Assembly: GCA_047967505.1 (NCBI GenBank)
Contig: CM106538.1
DNA: 64,000 nucleotides
From: Dipteris shenzhenensis
Lineage: Eukaryota
Reading direction: 5' to 3' (one strand)
The notes under the pieces were generated by a model, which saw only the letters and a program-made list of their open reading frames with translations, had not been told where the DNA came from and made no database searches. The translations under genes were made by a program, and so were the position numbers. Positions 52,201 to 63,209 of this stretch are shown one piece after another (position 1 is the first letter of the stretch; every line of letters starts with the position of its first letter).

Positions 52201-53162
52201 TTTAATAGTTGAGATTAAGAGCACTTAATCTCTTTTAGCTGTAGCATTTATTGTGATGCATTGTGTTGGTTTTAATAACTTACAAACATGTTTGATCTTA
52301 GAATGAAGAAGATTATAATACCATAATGCATGCAAATACTTAAAATGCAAAGGAAAATGAGTTCACAACCATGTCCATACGCTTGAACCCTTATAAATTT
52401 GAGGACCTTTTTTGTCTTCACAAACCAAGAAATGAAATTTCTAATGATTCTCATTTTTGCTTTATTTAGCTTTCTCGATTGTAGATGGTTGCATTGTAAT
52501 CTCAAGGGCTATAGAGAAATTTCCCATAACACTTCAGTTCAAGGGGGTCATTAAGGCTCCTATTTACATCTAGTTTATAAGATATTTTAACTCTAGAAAA
52601 TTTGGATTTTTGTTCTCAGTGTCAATAAACTAGCCCCTTATGTATGTAAACTTTTGTGAATAATGGCATTTAAAAAACACTCCTGTTGAACCTAGGTGGT
52701 AGAGTTACATACTTTTAAGTACGTACCCCCAAATATCAATCCAAGACAAACTATTCAACAATCCAAATATCATCTTTATCCATCCATTTTGGCATTATTA
52801 CGGAAGAGTAAAGTGATTGACGTGATATATGTGGACTAGTGTTTACTGAAAACCTGCAAACCATATAGAATGAACCTGCAACATTTTAATCTTCCCCCCT
52901 AAAAAACATGTTCAGAATTTTGTAAAATCTGCAAAATTTTAGGCAATTTAGTTATATTTTAGCTAAAAAATCACCAAGCCCCTGCTACTGTTGCTTCTTC
53001 TTCTTCTCTCTCCCTCCTTCCTTCTGCTACGTCTTCTTCTTCTTCTTCTTCTACGCAAGGCTCACTCGCCCCTTCTTATCTGGATAGCACAATTTACTGC
53101 TCTAATTTGGCCACCTAGATCCACATGAATTGTCTGACGACGTGGAACTCAATTGTGTGCAG

Positions 53163-53896
53163 AGTCACAAGAGGGCAAACGTAGCGCAGAAACGCATTTG
53201 AAGATCTGGGGCTCGGATGGAAAGCCGCATTCTCATCCAAGCGATGACTTATACTCTTCTCTCGCCATCAAGTTCTCTATACCTACAGATTTCGGCAGAC
53301 CCGGAGCCATCCTCGTGCTCAGCGAAGACTCAAACGAGTTTTTTCTTAAATCGATCACCCTGGATCTGCCTGACGGCCAGGAAATATATTTTGCCTGTAA
53401 TTCCTGGATAAACATCGCCAAGGCATACGAGGGGCCTCGCATATTCTTTGCCAACGAGGTTCACAGCTCCATTCTTTTTGTTAAACGTTCCTTATAGCTG
53501 CAAGCCTGCAGCCCAAGCTGTTGCGTACACTTTTTCCCCGGGTGCAACTTTTGTTTAATTTGGAGCTGCCTTGCAGGCTTATCGTCCAAATGAGATACCG
53601 CTGGGGCTGGTGAAACTACGACATGATGAGCTCGTGAACTTGCGGGGAGATGGTAAGGGTGAAAGGCTGAGTAGCTAGCGGATCTACGATTACGATGTTT
53701 ACAACGACCAGACAGCGATAAGGAGGCTGCGAGTCTAAGGAGCTTCCATATCCAAGAAGATGTCGGAGTGGACGCAAACCCACGAAGTCAGGTATCGATA
53801 TTGAACGAATGATTGGCAGAAGCCGATGAAACTGTTGAAGAAACTTTGTGTGCTTGTGCAGATCCTAAGTCAGAGCAGCACGGATCCCTATATATG
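53163..53896 (+). pseudogene. LOX: Lipoxygenase gene fragment with introns (exons 53163-53458, 53577-53791, 53862-~53896)
   Basis: PLAT domain DFGRPGAILV...EFFLKSITL...FACNSWI...RIFFANE; then [43 protein letters not shown]...LPYPRRCRSGRKPTK and DPKSE. GT-AG introns; premature TAG at 53676; exon 1 and the catalytic domain are missing. Confidence 0.92.
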
Positions 53897-55075
53897 GCAC
53901 ACCGAACTCACTTATGTGTTTCTGACACTTTTAAACAAAATTCTGATGCACAACATGTGGATTGTGTGTTGAATGAAGTTGCTGGAATTTTCAAGAAAAG
54001 CTCTAAAAGGTCATCTAGATTGGCAGAGTTGTCTAATCATCTTGATTGTCCAAGCTCGAGGATGGAAAAGATACACAAGATGAGATGGTTGAGTAGATTT
54101 AAGGTAATTTCCAAGATTTGTGCTTTTGGTATGCTTACAAGAGGAGAATACAAGAGTGTTTAAATTGGTTGCAAACTTTAAGTTCATGTACATGTTGCAT
54201 TTTTTGGGTGATGTGATGGATCATCTTGCAAGCTTGTCATATGCCTTTCAAAAGTATTATGTGGATGTTACAACTATTGCTAGTTTAGTGGCTTCCACCA
54301 TCACTATGCTAGATATGGAATTTATGGGGCCTCAAGACATCAACATCAATATGCAAGGGCATGATGGTTATGGATTTCCTTCTATTCCTAAGTTTGGTGG
54401 CCAAGATGGATGGTTATCTTCCATGCGTAGGGCTTTAAAAGGGGACATGCACTATGGGGTAAGAATTGATAGATGTGTTATTGGTAGTGATCTTGCTAAA
54501 GCTCTTGAGTTTCAAAGTGCTTTTTGTAATGAAGTGAAAAGAAACTTGCGATCTAGGTTTTATGAAAATCATGTGTTGGAGAGCTTGAAAATCCTTGCAC
54601 CTTCCACGTTTCCTTCAACTCGAGAGCTTAAAGTTATGGAGGAGATGAGCTGGGAGTGTTAGCACAGCAGTTTGGAAATGATGCAATGTTAGTGGATGGT
54701 ACACATGTAGGATGCTTGATTGATGGTAGAGCATTGAAGAGGGAATATCATATTTTTAAGATACAAGCAGCATAAGATTGGAGAGGAAAAGTGTTGAAAG
54801 ATGCATGGTGCTTTACTAGTAGAAATGAAGTGCTCCATGATAAGTATCTATGCTTCTTCGAGTTGCAGAAATCGCCTTGTTGTAGTGCAGCAGCACAACT
54901 ATTTGTGAAAGGGGCTTCAATATTCAGAACATCGTCAAGAACAAGCTGAGAAATAGATTGGAAACCAAGAACTTGGATTCACTTATGCAGATTTCAATCG
55001 TAGGACCACCTCTAGCAGAGTTTGATTTTGTGTCGGCTATACAACTATGGCGGAATGTAGCAAAACATGTAGACA
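53894..55075 (+). mobile_element. hAT-family transposase remnant (C-terminal half, including dimerization domain)
   Basis: MAHRTHL (CxxH motif), FKKSSKR, MRWLSR, FLGDVMDHLASLSYAFQ, STTICERGFNIQNIVKNKLRNRLETKNLDSLMQISIVGP; frameshifts and stops. Confidence 0.88.
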
Positions 55076-55251
55076 TGCATACAATGACTTAGAATGATAA
55101 TGTATCATGACTCCTTGAGCTGTTTCTTGCTTTTTCAGTGAGTGAAATAATAATGTAGCATGACTCCTTGAAGCTGTTTCTTGATTTTTCTAGTGCAAGG
55201 CGGCGGGTCTCATCTAACTTCTCAAGTTGTACCAATCTGGCCTCTACATGT

Positions 55252-58200
55252 TCATCTTCTGTCATCCTCTGTTCCTGCGCCAATCTTCGGAATCTCTATC
55301 TCTAGTGGTAAAACTGCCTCAGTACCATACACCAACTCAAAAGGGGTGTGACCTGTAGATGTTTTATGAGTGATGTTGTAAGCCCACACGGCTTCAGTGA
55401 CCTTCTGATCCCATTGGCTCCTATTCCCTGCGGCCATTTTTCCCATGGTTTTACAAAGGAGGCCATTGGTCCGCTCTGTTTGACCCATGGATGCTGGGTA
55501 ATAGATGCTAGAAGTGTGATGATCAATGCCCATGCGATCCATGAGTAACTCCACTGCTTCATTTAAGAATGGACTCCCATGGTCAGAGACTATCTCCATG
55601 GGTGTCCCAAACCTTGTGCAGATACGTTCAAAGATGAAATTTGAAACTACCTTGCCATTTGCAGCAGAGAGGGCGATAGCTTCAGCCCACTTAGTGACAT
55701 ACTGAGTGGCTACCAAAAGATACTTCTTTTTGCGGGCAGTCATGGGCAAGGGTCCGACAAAATCTATGCCCCACTTCTGAAACGGATGGATGGACATCAC
55801 TGGGTGATGTTGCCCGGGACGCAAATCCTTCCTACCGAAGAATTGACATGGTTCACAGGTTTTGCAATGCAAAGTGACATCCTTGAACAATGTCGGCCAA
55901 TAGTATCCAGCATGTAAAATCTTCTTAGCTGTATAGTCACTGGCATAGTGGCCTCCACAAAATCCATCATGATAATGCTTCAATACCTTAGGCACTTCAT
56001 CTGCATCAATGGCCCGTCTGAGTACCCCATCCATGCCTTGACAGTACAACACCCCATCAAGAAGGGTATAGCGCCTACTATCTCTGCAGATCTTCTTTCT
56101 CTCATAGCTAGTACTTTCTGAAGGAAAGGAGAAAGCGGTCAAAAACTTATAGATACCACCATACCAAGGATCCCCAACTTCTATGGCTGCTACCAGGGTT
56201 ACATCAAGGCACTCCTCTAAATCAATCAAAGCATTCTTCAAGTTGGAACAACCCCCTTTTACAATTTTGAAACAAAAATCATATTCTTGTAGAACTGCCA
56301 ACCACTTGGCCAACCGGCCCGTGGGATTTGGTGATTGAAGAACCTGCTTTGCAAGACCAGTGCTAGTGAGTATAAAGAAGGACTTTCCAGCCACATAATG
56401 CTTAAATTTCTCAATGCAAAACACCAAAGACAAGGCATGCTTGTCGGCCTCTGAATAGCGTCGCTCAGTGTCGAGCGATTGTCGAGAAGCAAATCGAACA
56501 GGATACATGAACCGATCTTCCCCTTGCTGGAGAAGAATACCTACCAGAGTGTGCTCACCAAACCTAGGATTGATATAGAAGGTCTTTGACCAGTCTGGAT
56601 TGCATAGAATGGGTTCTGAAGCCAGAGCATTCTTGATTTGTGCAAACCCATGATCACAATCCTCATTCCAAGAGAAATCAACCCCATCTTTTAATAGCAT
56701 AGTCATGGGCCATGTCAAAGTAGCATATTGATCAATGAAGCGGCGATAGTATCCTGCTAGATTGACAAATGAGCGTACCTGACGTTTGGTTGTAGGTGGG
56801 GAGAGCTTGAGGATGGCTTCTACCTTCTCGGGGTCAGGCTTGATGCCCTCGGATGAGACAACATGTCCCAATAACCTCCCTTGTGTGGCTCCAATGGTGC
56901 ATTTCTCAGGGTTGAGACTGCCATTTGCATCATTGACCCTTTGGAAGGCCAATCTAACCTTCATGATGTGCTCCTTTCGTGATGAGAATATACAGAAATC
57001 ATCTAAAAACACCTCCAAGAAATCCCCCAAATAAGGAGCAAACACCATCTGCATAAATCTTTGAAAGGTGGCAGGAGCATTGGTGAGGCCAAATGGCATT
57101 ACTTTGAATGCAAATGTCCCCCAGGGTGTGGCAAATGTGGTTTTCAACACATCTTCTTCGGCAATTCTGATTTGATAAAACCCAGAGTAACCATCACAGA
57201 AAGTATACATCTCATGACCACTTACCTTCTCAAGAATGAGGTCTTGAAAGGGTAGAGGATGATGATCCCTCTTGGTGGCAGCATTGAGCTTCTTATAGTC
57301 GATGCAGACCCGCCACTTGTTGTTTTTCTTTGGGATGACTACCACTGGTGAAACCCATTTAGTATTGTGAACCGGAACAATAAACCCAGCCTCTACAAGC
57401 TTCTGCAACTCTGAGCGCAAAGCATCGGTCTGCAGGGGCCCTAATCTCCGATACTTCTGAGCCACAGGCTTTGCATCAGGCTTCAGCTCTATCTTATGCT
57501 CTATGGCAGTCACATGGCGAAGGTGGTGGTAGCTAGTTGCAAAGAGGTCAGGGAAATCTTTGAACATTTCAAGAAACTCATCTTTCTCACCTGGAGTGAG
57601 GTCTGGAGAAAGCATTGATTCGAGCTGTTGAGGACTAGCTGTTATCTTTTCTGCAGGTGGCAGGGTCGGAGACACCCCCATCATGTAAACTTCCTCCTCT
57701 GAGAATTCGTCCCCCCCGTCTGATTCTTCCTCCATGGACTCAGACACCGAGGATGAGAGAGTATCATTGTCATGCTCCTCTTCTTCTTTCGGTTCCATGG
57801 CACCAGGTTGCACTGGGATCTTCTCCTTCGAAGCACCAAAAGACATGTGTCCTGTCTTCCAATAGCTGACTGCATCACTTTTTCTCAACCATGGTCTCCC
57901 GAGTATGGCTGGGTAACTTATGCCTGTATCTTCAATGTCCACTGCATAGAAATTGACAGTGGTGGTCAACCCGTTGACAGTGATGGGCAAATCCTCAATG
58001 ACTCCCATGGTGGCGAGTCGTCGACCATCTGCTACCTTGATTCGAGTGGAGGAACGCCTTGTACATTTCAAATTCAATTTCTTCATGATGCGGGGCACCA
58101 TGATATTACATGCAGCTCCCCCATCAACACACACATTTTTGACACGGCAATTATCTATGATGACATCTACTGTATGTGGGTGCTGATCAATTTCTTCAGA

Positions 58201-58527
58201 GATAGAAGATACCTCTCGTACCTTTTCCTTTTTCTTGCTCTTCCTTGTTGAGAGACCTTGCTGCAGCTCACGTCTCACCTTAGGGCTTAATGCTATTAGT
58301 TGAGGGAGTGTGATGCTTAAAGACTGATGAGCAAGGTCCTGAACGACCGAATAGTCCTCTTGCCCTGAGCCAATGGGAAAATCCGAGGGTGACCACTTAC
58401 TCCTGCGAGATCTTTTAGTCTTCTCTGTTGGTGGGTCTGCCATCCCAGCATCTGAGGGCTCTGAGAAGGACACCTTCTTCTTGGGGCGGCCCGCGGTCCA
58501 TGGTTTGAGAGGGGTCCGAGGTAGCAC
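55252..58527 (-). CDS. Gypsy pol polyprotein (protease, RT, RNase H, integrase), 1091-aa uninterrupted ORF
   Basis: VDGGAACNIM; WVSPVVVIPKK...CIDYKKLN; MPFGLTNAP; FLDD; HDGFCGGH...CEPCQ; WGIDFVGP; SDHGSPF; QTERTN. Confidence 0.93.
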   Translation of the reverse strand: MLPRTPLKPWTAGRPKKKVSFSEPSDAGMADPPTEKTKRSRRSKWSPSDFPIGSGQEDYSVVQDLAHQSLSITLPQLIALSPKVRRELQQGLSTRKSKKKEKVREVSSISEEIDQHPHTVDVIIDNCRVKNVCVDGGAACNIMVPRIMKKLNLKCTRRSSTRIKVADGRRLATMGVIEDLPITVNGLTTTVNFYAVDIEDTGISYPAILGRPWLRKSDAVSYWKTGHMSFGASKEKIPVQPGAMEPKEEEEHDNDTLSSSVSESMEEESDGGDEFSEEEVYMMGVSPTLPPAEKITASPQQLESMLSPDLTPGEKDEFLEMFKDFPDLFATSYHHLRHVTAIEHKIELKPDAKPVAQKYRRLGPLQTDALRSELQKLVEAGFIVPVHNTKWVSPVVVIPKKNNKWRVCIDYKKLNAATKRDHHPLPFQDLILEKVSGHEMYTFCDGYSGFYQIRIAEEDVLKTTFATPWGTFAFKVMPFGLTNAPATFQRFMQMVFAPYLGDFLEVFLDDFCIFSSRKEHIMKVRLAFQRVNDANGSLNPEKCTIGATQGRLLGHVVSSEGIKPDPEKVEAILKLSPPTTKRQVRSFVNLAGYYRRFIDQYATLTWPMTMLLKDGVDFSWNEDCDHGFAQIKNALASEPILCNPDWSKTFYINPRFGEHTLVGILLQQGEDRFMYPVRFASRQSLDTERRYSEADKHALSLVFCIEKFKHYVAGKSFFILTSTGLAKQVLQSPNPTGRLAKWLAVLQEYDFCFKIVKGGCSNLKNALIDLEECLDVTLVAAIEVGDPWYGGIYKFLTAFSFPSESTSYERKKICRDSRRYTLLDGVLYCQGMDGVLRRAIDADEVPKVLKHYHDGFCGGHYASDYTAKKILHAGYYWPTLFKDVTLHCKTCEPCQFFGRKDLRPGQHHPVMSIHPFQKWGIDFVGPLPMTARKKKYLLVATQYVTKWAEAIALSAANGKVVSNFIFERICTRFGTPMEIVSDHGSPFLNEAVELLMDRMGIDHHTSSIYYPASMGQTERTNGLLCKTMGKMAAGNRSQWDQKVTEAVWAYNITHKTSTGHTPFELVYGTEAVLPLEIEIPKIGAGTEDDRR

Positions 58528-58549
58528 GAGTTCTTTTCCCGAGATTAAG

Positions 58550-59545
58550 GATCTCTACATCAGAATCCTCAGTGCCCAACTCACTTAGAAGATTCACCCT
58601 TGGAATATTGGGGCATTCTGTGCGATAATGACCCTTCTGGTGGCACTCGTAGCATACAACATTAGCACGATCTCTTGGAGGGCGGTTGGCTTGATTTCTG
58701 ATGCCCACCATCTCAAGCTGAAGATCATTCAGGGCCTTGGCTAGGTCATTGACTCCAGGTTCTGTTGCAGGGGGGGCCTCTTTAGTTGGAGGGGCCACGG
58801 GAGTAGAGAGGAGGGGGGCTCGTGGGCGAGGCTGGGGAAATCTTCGAGGCGGAGGATGAGGATATCCACCTTGTTGAGGGTAAGCATCTAAGGGAGGACC
58901 ATACATCTGAGGTGGAGGTGGTGGATACATCCCTGATGAGGGGTGGGGGTATGCCCCTGAGTTAGACCCCCCAGGTTGTTGTTGCAGGAATGGAGGGGGA
59001 TGCGGAGGGACAATCGTCTTCTTTGAGGCGGGGTCAGACTGAACTTTATCAAACTTTTGAGCAATCTCATGTGCTAGCACCATAGTTTCTGGATTCTCCC
59101 ATTTAAGCTTGAGGCGGAATTCATCACTCGCTCCTGCTACAAGGTAGCCTAGCACATGCTGAGTCATTCCAGCTCGATACCCGGCATTGTCCTCCTGTGT
59201 GGCAATCAAACGGTCCAGGAGCACGGCCGCTCGATCCACATATCGACGCGCCGTCTCACCTTCTGACTGCTTCAAATTTGCCACCTGCAGGTACACATTC
59301 TCCGGCTCCTCTTCTTTGCCGAAATACTCAATCATTACTGCTGTCAACCTTGGTCAGCTTTGGCGAACATCTTCGGTTTGCTTCTCATACCACACTTGAG
59401 CCAAACCTTCTAGAAATGTGGGGAGAACCAATAGCCATCTGTCTTCAGTAAGAAAATTGAGAGAAACACAACGGCGCTTGAAAGCCACAAGATACTCATT
59501 TGGATTTTCTTCTACCCATCCACAAAACACGGGAATGTCAGCCAT
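58550..59545 (-). pseudogene. Gypsy gag (one internal stop near 59354; frame change to pol near 58530-58550)
   Basis: MADIPVFCG...FLEGLAQVWY; LKQSEGET; CYECHQKGHYRTEC knuckle. Confidence 0.88.
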
Positions 59546-59618
59546 GCTTGGAAGATGGAAAAGAGTGGCTTATCTATGGACGAACAATAGTAAGAGGAAG
59601 CTTGAACTGAAAATCGGG

Positions 59619-60863
59619 TGAAGATACCTCCAAAAAGCACACATAGGCAGGGTAGGGTGTGACTGGTGTAGTGTGAAATATTACACGAGAAGAATCTTCA
59701 GCATAGAATAGCACATAGACAATCTTAAAAGGACCAATCCTCATGATATCACTTTGATCATTACACGTGAGGGTTAGAGGTGCGGTGTTGCATGAGGTTG
59801 TTCATCAAGGCAAACAAGAATGCCATGACAAAGGTCAGCAATTGGAGAGCTTGCACATCACCTTCAGCTTCTTCCAGTTCTTGCAGTCGCCATGCTATTT
59901 CTTCAAGGGGTGTGCGGTCTGGCATCCTTCTTTTGAGCAATGTCTTTGAGAACCCTCCTGATGATTTGCCGAAGTCGGTGAACTCGTATCAAGTACGCCC
60001 AACACTTAGTTTCATGATGACCACAACCTTTGCATTCCTTACAAATGATTACCCTCCTTCGTGGCTTGCGGCTTTGTTGGGGTGGCGCTTCCACTCGCGT
60101 CATGCGTGATTGAAGTACAAGCTTCACGTGCCAAGAAATCAGCAACAAGATACTAGCTAGGTGGCTTTACAAGAATGAGCGTGTCCCATCAAGGAAAAGC
60201 CCCTTCCTTTTATAGCCAAAAGAGGGGGTCTCTCCATATTAATGTATCCTCCCACATGCATGGTGTGTGTGGAAAAGTCTCCCATGTGGGCTAGGTGGGT
60301 ACGCACTCTCAATTGTGTGCGACAACCCTTTGCCTCCATTTTCCACATAAATCAAGCCCCATATCTCAAGTCTATGATACTCCCTTGGTCTCTTTCCAAT
60401 TTTATAATAGGTTCAAACCTCTAGGAGGACAAGTGGAGGGTTGGCACAAGGAATCTTGCCACCTCATCCTACTTTCCCCATTATTTAACTAGCTCTCTTG
60501 GTCCTTCTATACCTCCCCCACATGGGCCTATCCCATATGGAGGAAATAACTCAATATAATAGCCATCTCCACCCATTTTATATTGCTTCTCCCATGGACT
60601 TTGAGCCATATCTCACTTAATGCATCCTAGGTGGAGGGGTGGCACATGGAGGAGCCATGCCACCTTGCATTTTATATTATTACTATTATGGATTATGTAC
60701 AACACACCTTATGGGTCCTCTTACATGGAAGGGTGGCACATGGACATGCCCTGCCACCTCAACCTTGGGCCCTATGCACACCATATTTTATTATACTATT
60801 GCCACATATACAAACACACATACATATTAATGCATTTTTCCTTAGACAATTTTATCCATAACA
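59619..60863 (-). repeat. Single LTR of the permuted gypsy element (inner boundary uncertain)
   Basis: Starts TGTTATGG at 60863 just after a G9 polypurine tract (60867-60875); TATAAAA near 60210; the candidate end ...ggtatcttCA at 59619 is not followed by a canonical TGG PBS. Confidence 0.6.
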
Positions 60864-61190
60864 GTTCCCCCCCCCAGGCAGGGAATGCACAGCATTTCCA
60901 TGCCTGGGACCATCACGCACAAAGAAAGACTTGAGGTAACGCTTGTTGATCACCTTCTTGCCATATGGTTCATGCAGCTCCTGAACTTGTACAGTCCCAT
61001 TGTTACGTTCTTTAATGACTTGGTATGAACCAGCCCACAGTGGCAGAAACTTCTTATCCATTTGGTGGTCCAATCTATTATCAAAGCATAGCACAACATC
61101 CCCCTCAGCAAAGTGTCTTTCCCATCCCTTGCGAATCTTAGCATCCAATCGGGCCTTTTGTCGATTCTTTTGGATCTCTGTTTGATGAAG
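60864..61190 (-). pseudogene. Integrase C-terminal tail (GPY/F-like) and PPT
   Basis: LHQTEIQKNRQKARLDAK...FAEGDVVL...KFLPLWAGSYQVIKERNNGTVQV...INKRYLKSF. Confidence 0.85.
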
Positions 61191-61999
61191 ATATATCCAC
61201 ATCTTGTCAAGAATGTAGTACCATTATATTTTCATGAATGTATTAGCAATGTTCCCTTGTAAATTTTCAATATATGATTATAAAATTGTTTAGAGTAGTT
61301 GTAAAATATAAGTTTAAGATTTGTTAAATTTTTGGAAATATAATTGAAAGTTTTCTAAGGCCATGATGACACAGGATAAAATTCAAATGTGCTGAAGTGC
61401 TCAAATTTCCGTTTTCACAAGGCTGAATCATAATATCTCAGGTTTGTGATTGCTAGGTTGATTCAAAGACTTGTAAGTTACATGCTTCTCTTCCCCCTCT
61501 CCCTTTCCCCTTGTGTCATAGTCTCCCTTTTCCTTCCCTCCATTTCTAATTCCTTTTTCACCCCTATGACATTCCTTTTCCCTCATGATCTCCTCTTCTC
61601 TATGGCCTTTGAGCGTCGCCATACTTAGCCTCTAGCCTCTGGTCTCGATTACTTTTCTAGCTAAAAGTAACTATATCCATACATAGATCTACAACCTTCC
61701 CTAGTTCCCTATTTCTATAGTTTCATGTGCCACCTAAAGGGATTGCTAGCCACATGATCTACCCTCTCCTTGCATCAACCTCTCACACCATATGATTTGA
61801 AAATGATGTGTAGGCGAATGTGTTCTTCAAATCATCCTATTTGTTTGATTGATTACACTTAGTCGAGTACTCCTTGATGATGTAGGATGTCGTTGGGATC
61901 ATCCTATGCACCTAACGGTAGATGGGTGAAATTTGTGGCTATGCCTGCATCCTTGAACAAAATCCCAAAGATAAGACTTCGGGTCTTCCCCTTAGGTCC

Positions 62000-62750
62000 C
62001 TCGAAACATTGGAATCTTCACCATGATGAAACACAAAAAGGAAACAGTAAGATCCAAATAATATCCCAAACAAGATCCAAACAAGATCCCACAGAGCCTT
62101 AGTATACCAAGACCAACTTATTATGCATAACCACTTGTTGGAAACCCTCCACAATGTGATCCTCAACAAAATCTTCAAAAATAAGTGACCAACTAGCACC
62201 ATGAAAACATTGTGTATACATGCATTCAAGAGTCACCCTTCTCACAATTGGAAGTGCACATAACAACTTCAAGATATTGTACTCTTCATCATTTTCATAG
62301 CAAAAGAAGTTGAAAGCATTGAGAATCACCACTCTGCTATTGTAGTCAAAAACTACCCAAAGGCTCAACTCTTCTTCACACCAAGCTGCCAGTGCATGAA
62401 ACAATCCCCAATCTATCATTGTGCCTGTTGACGGCATTGTCGATTCACCAACATATACAAGAGTGCAAACATAAAGGATATGATCATGATGACCATGCGA
62501 ATAGCTTGAGCATCACCTTCATAATCTTCTAGTTCTCTCAAACAGGCTGCAATATCTTCTAATGGAGTTCTTCCAGGCATCTTCTTTATCACATCAAAAA
62601 ACATATGCCGATAACAGTGCTATGTTGCAAATGCAACACATGCACTCTTGCATGCTCCACTCTTCAATGGAAGATGCACACATGATAGTTATTGAACGGT
62701 GTTATTGACAAAGGGATTTAGATGTACATCCTTGGTCTTATTTCATTTTC
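62000..62750 (-). pseudogene. Unassigned decayed coding relic, possibly Mutator/SWIM-type
   Basis: Adjacent protein-like ORFs 62416..62604 and 62099..62437 preceded by a Cys/His cluster near 62600-62660; weak. Confidence 0.25.
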
Positions 62751-63209
62751 AATGAAATTTTAAACTTTGTGTTAAAGATGCTACACTTTCTATAGTATAG
62801 TTAGTGGTCACGTACATGGTGATAATATATGCTAAGAGAACAACCATTTTGGCAAATACACAAGAAGGACAAGTTTAGTAGAGCTATGTTCTTTGAAGTT
62901 GAACACTTCATCTACAATTTTGATTTTGTTGACACAAAAAGAACACAAGTGATGCATTTGTTGGCAACTCAATAATTATTACACATGGAGTTTCCCATCA
63001 ATATATTTAAAGTTCCATGGCTTGGTAATAGCCCTTTAAGGTACTAGCTTCTATATGAATTTCAATCACCTATTGCTTGGTTCTCTTACAGCCCTACACA
63101 TCGATCGATCGCTCGCATGATGGTTGTAGACTACATGCGATGAATTTCTATATAATTGATCACATGATGATTGTAGATGACATCTTTTGAGAATAGAGTC
63201 TAAAATCTC

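Larger units (their letters stand above)
55192..61190 (-). mobile_element. Non-chromoviral Ty3/gypsy retrotransposon, circularly permuted: INT tail - PPT - single LTR - gag - pol up to the INT breakpoint
   Basis: Pol stops at ...LDETRRLA(L) at 55192; its continuation (L)HQTEIQKNRQKAR...W.GSY... starts at 61190 upstream of the LTR. Confidence 0.85.

Noticed and set aside
53163-53896. Functional lipoxygenase gene
   Set aside because: In-frame stop at 53676, a disrupted segment after YND, no first exon and no catalytic domain.
59872-59892. TGGCGACT as an Arg-type PBS for the permuted gypsy element
   Set aside because: The match to the tRNA-Arg-type PBS stops after about 8 nt; LTR boundary left unresolved.
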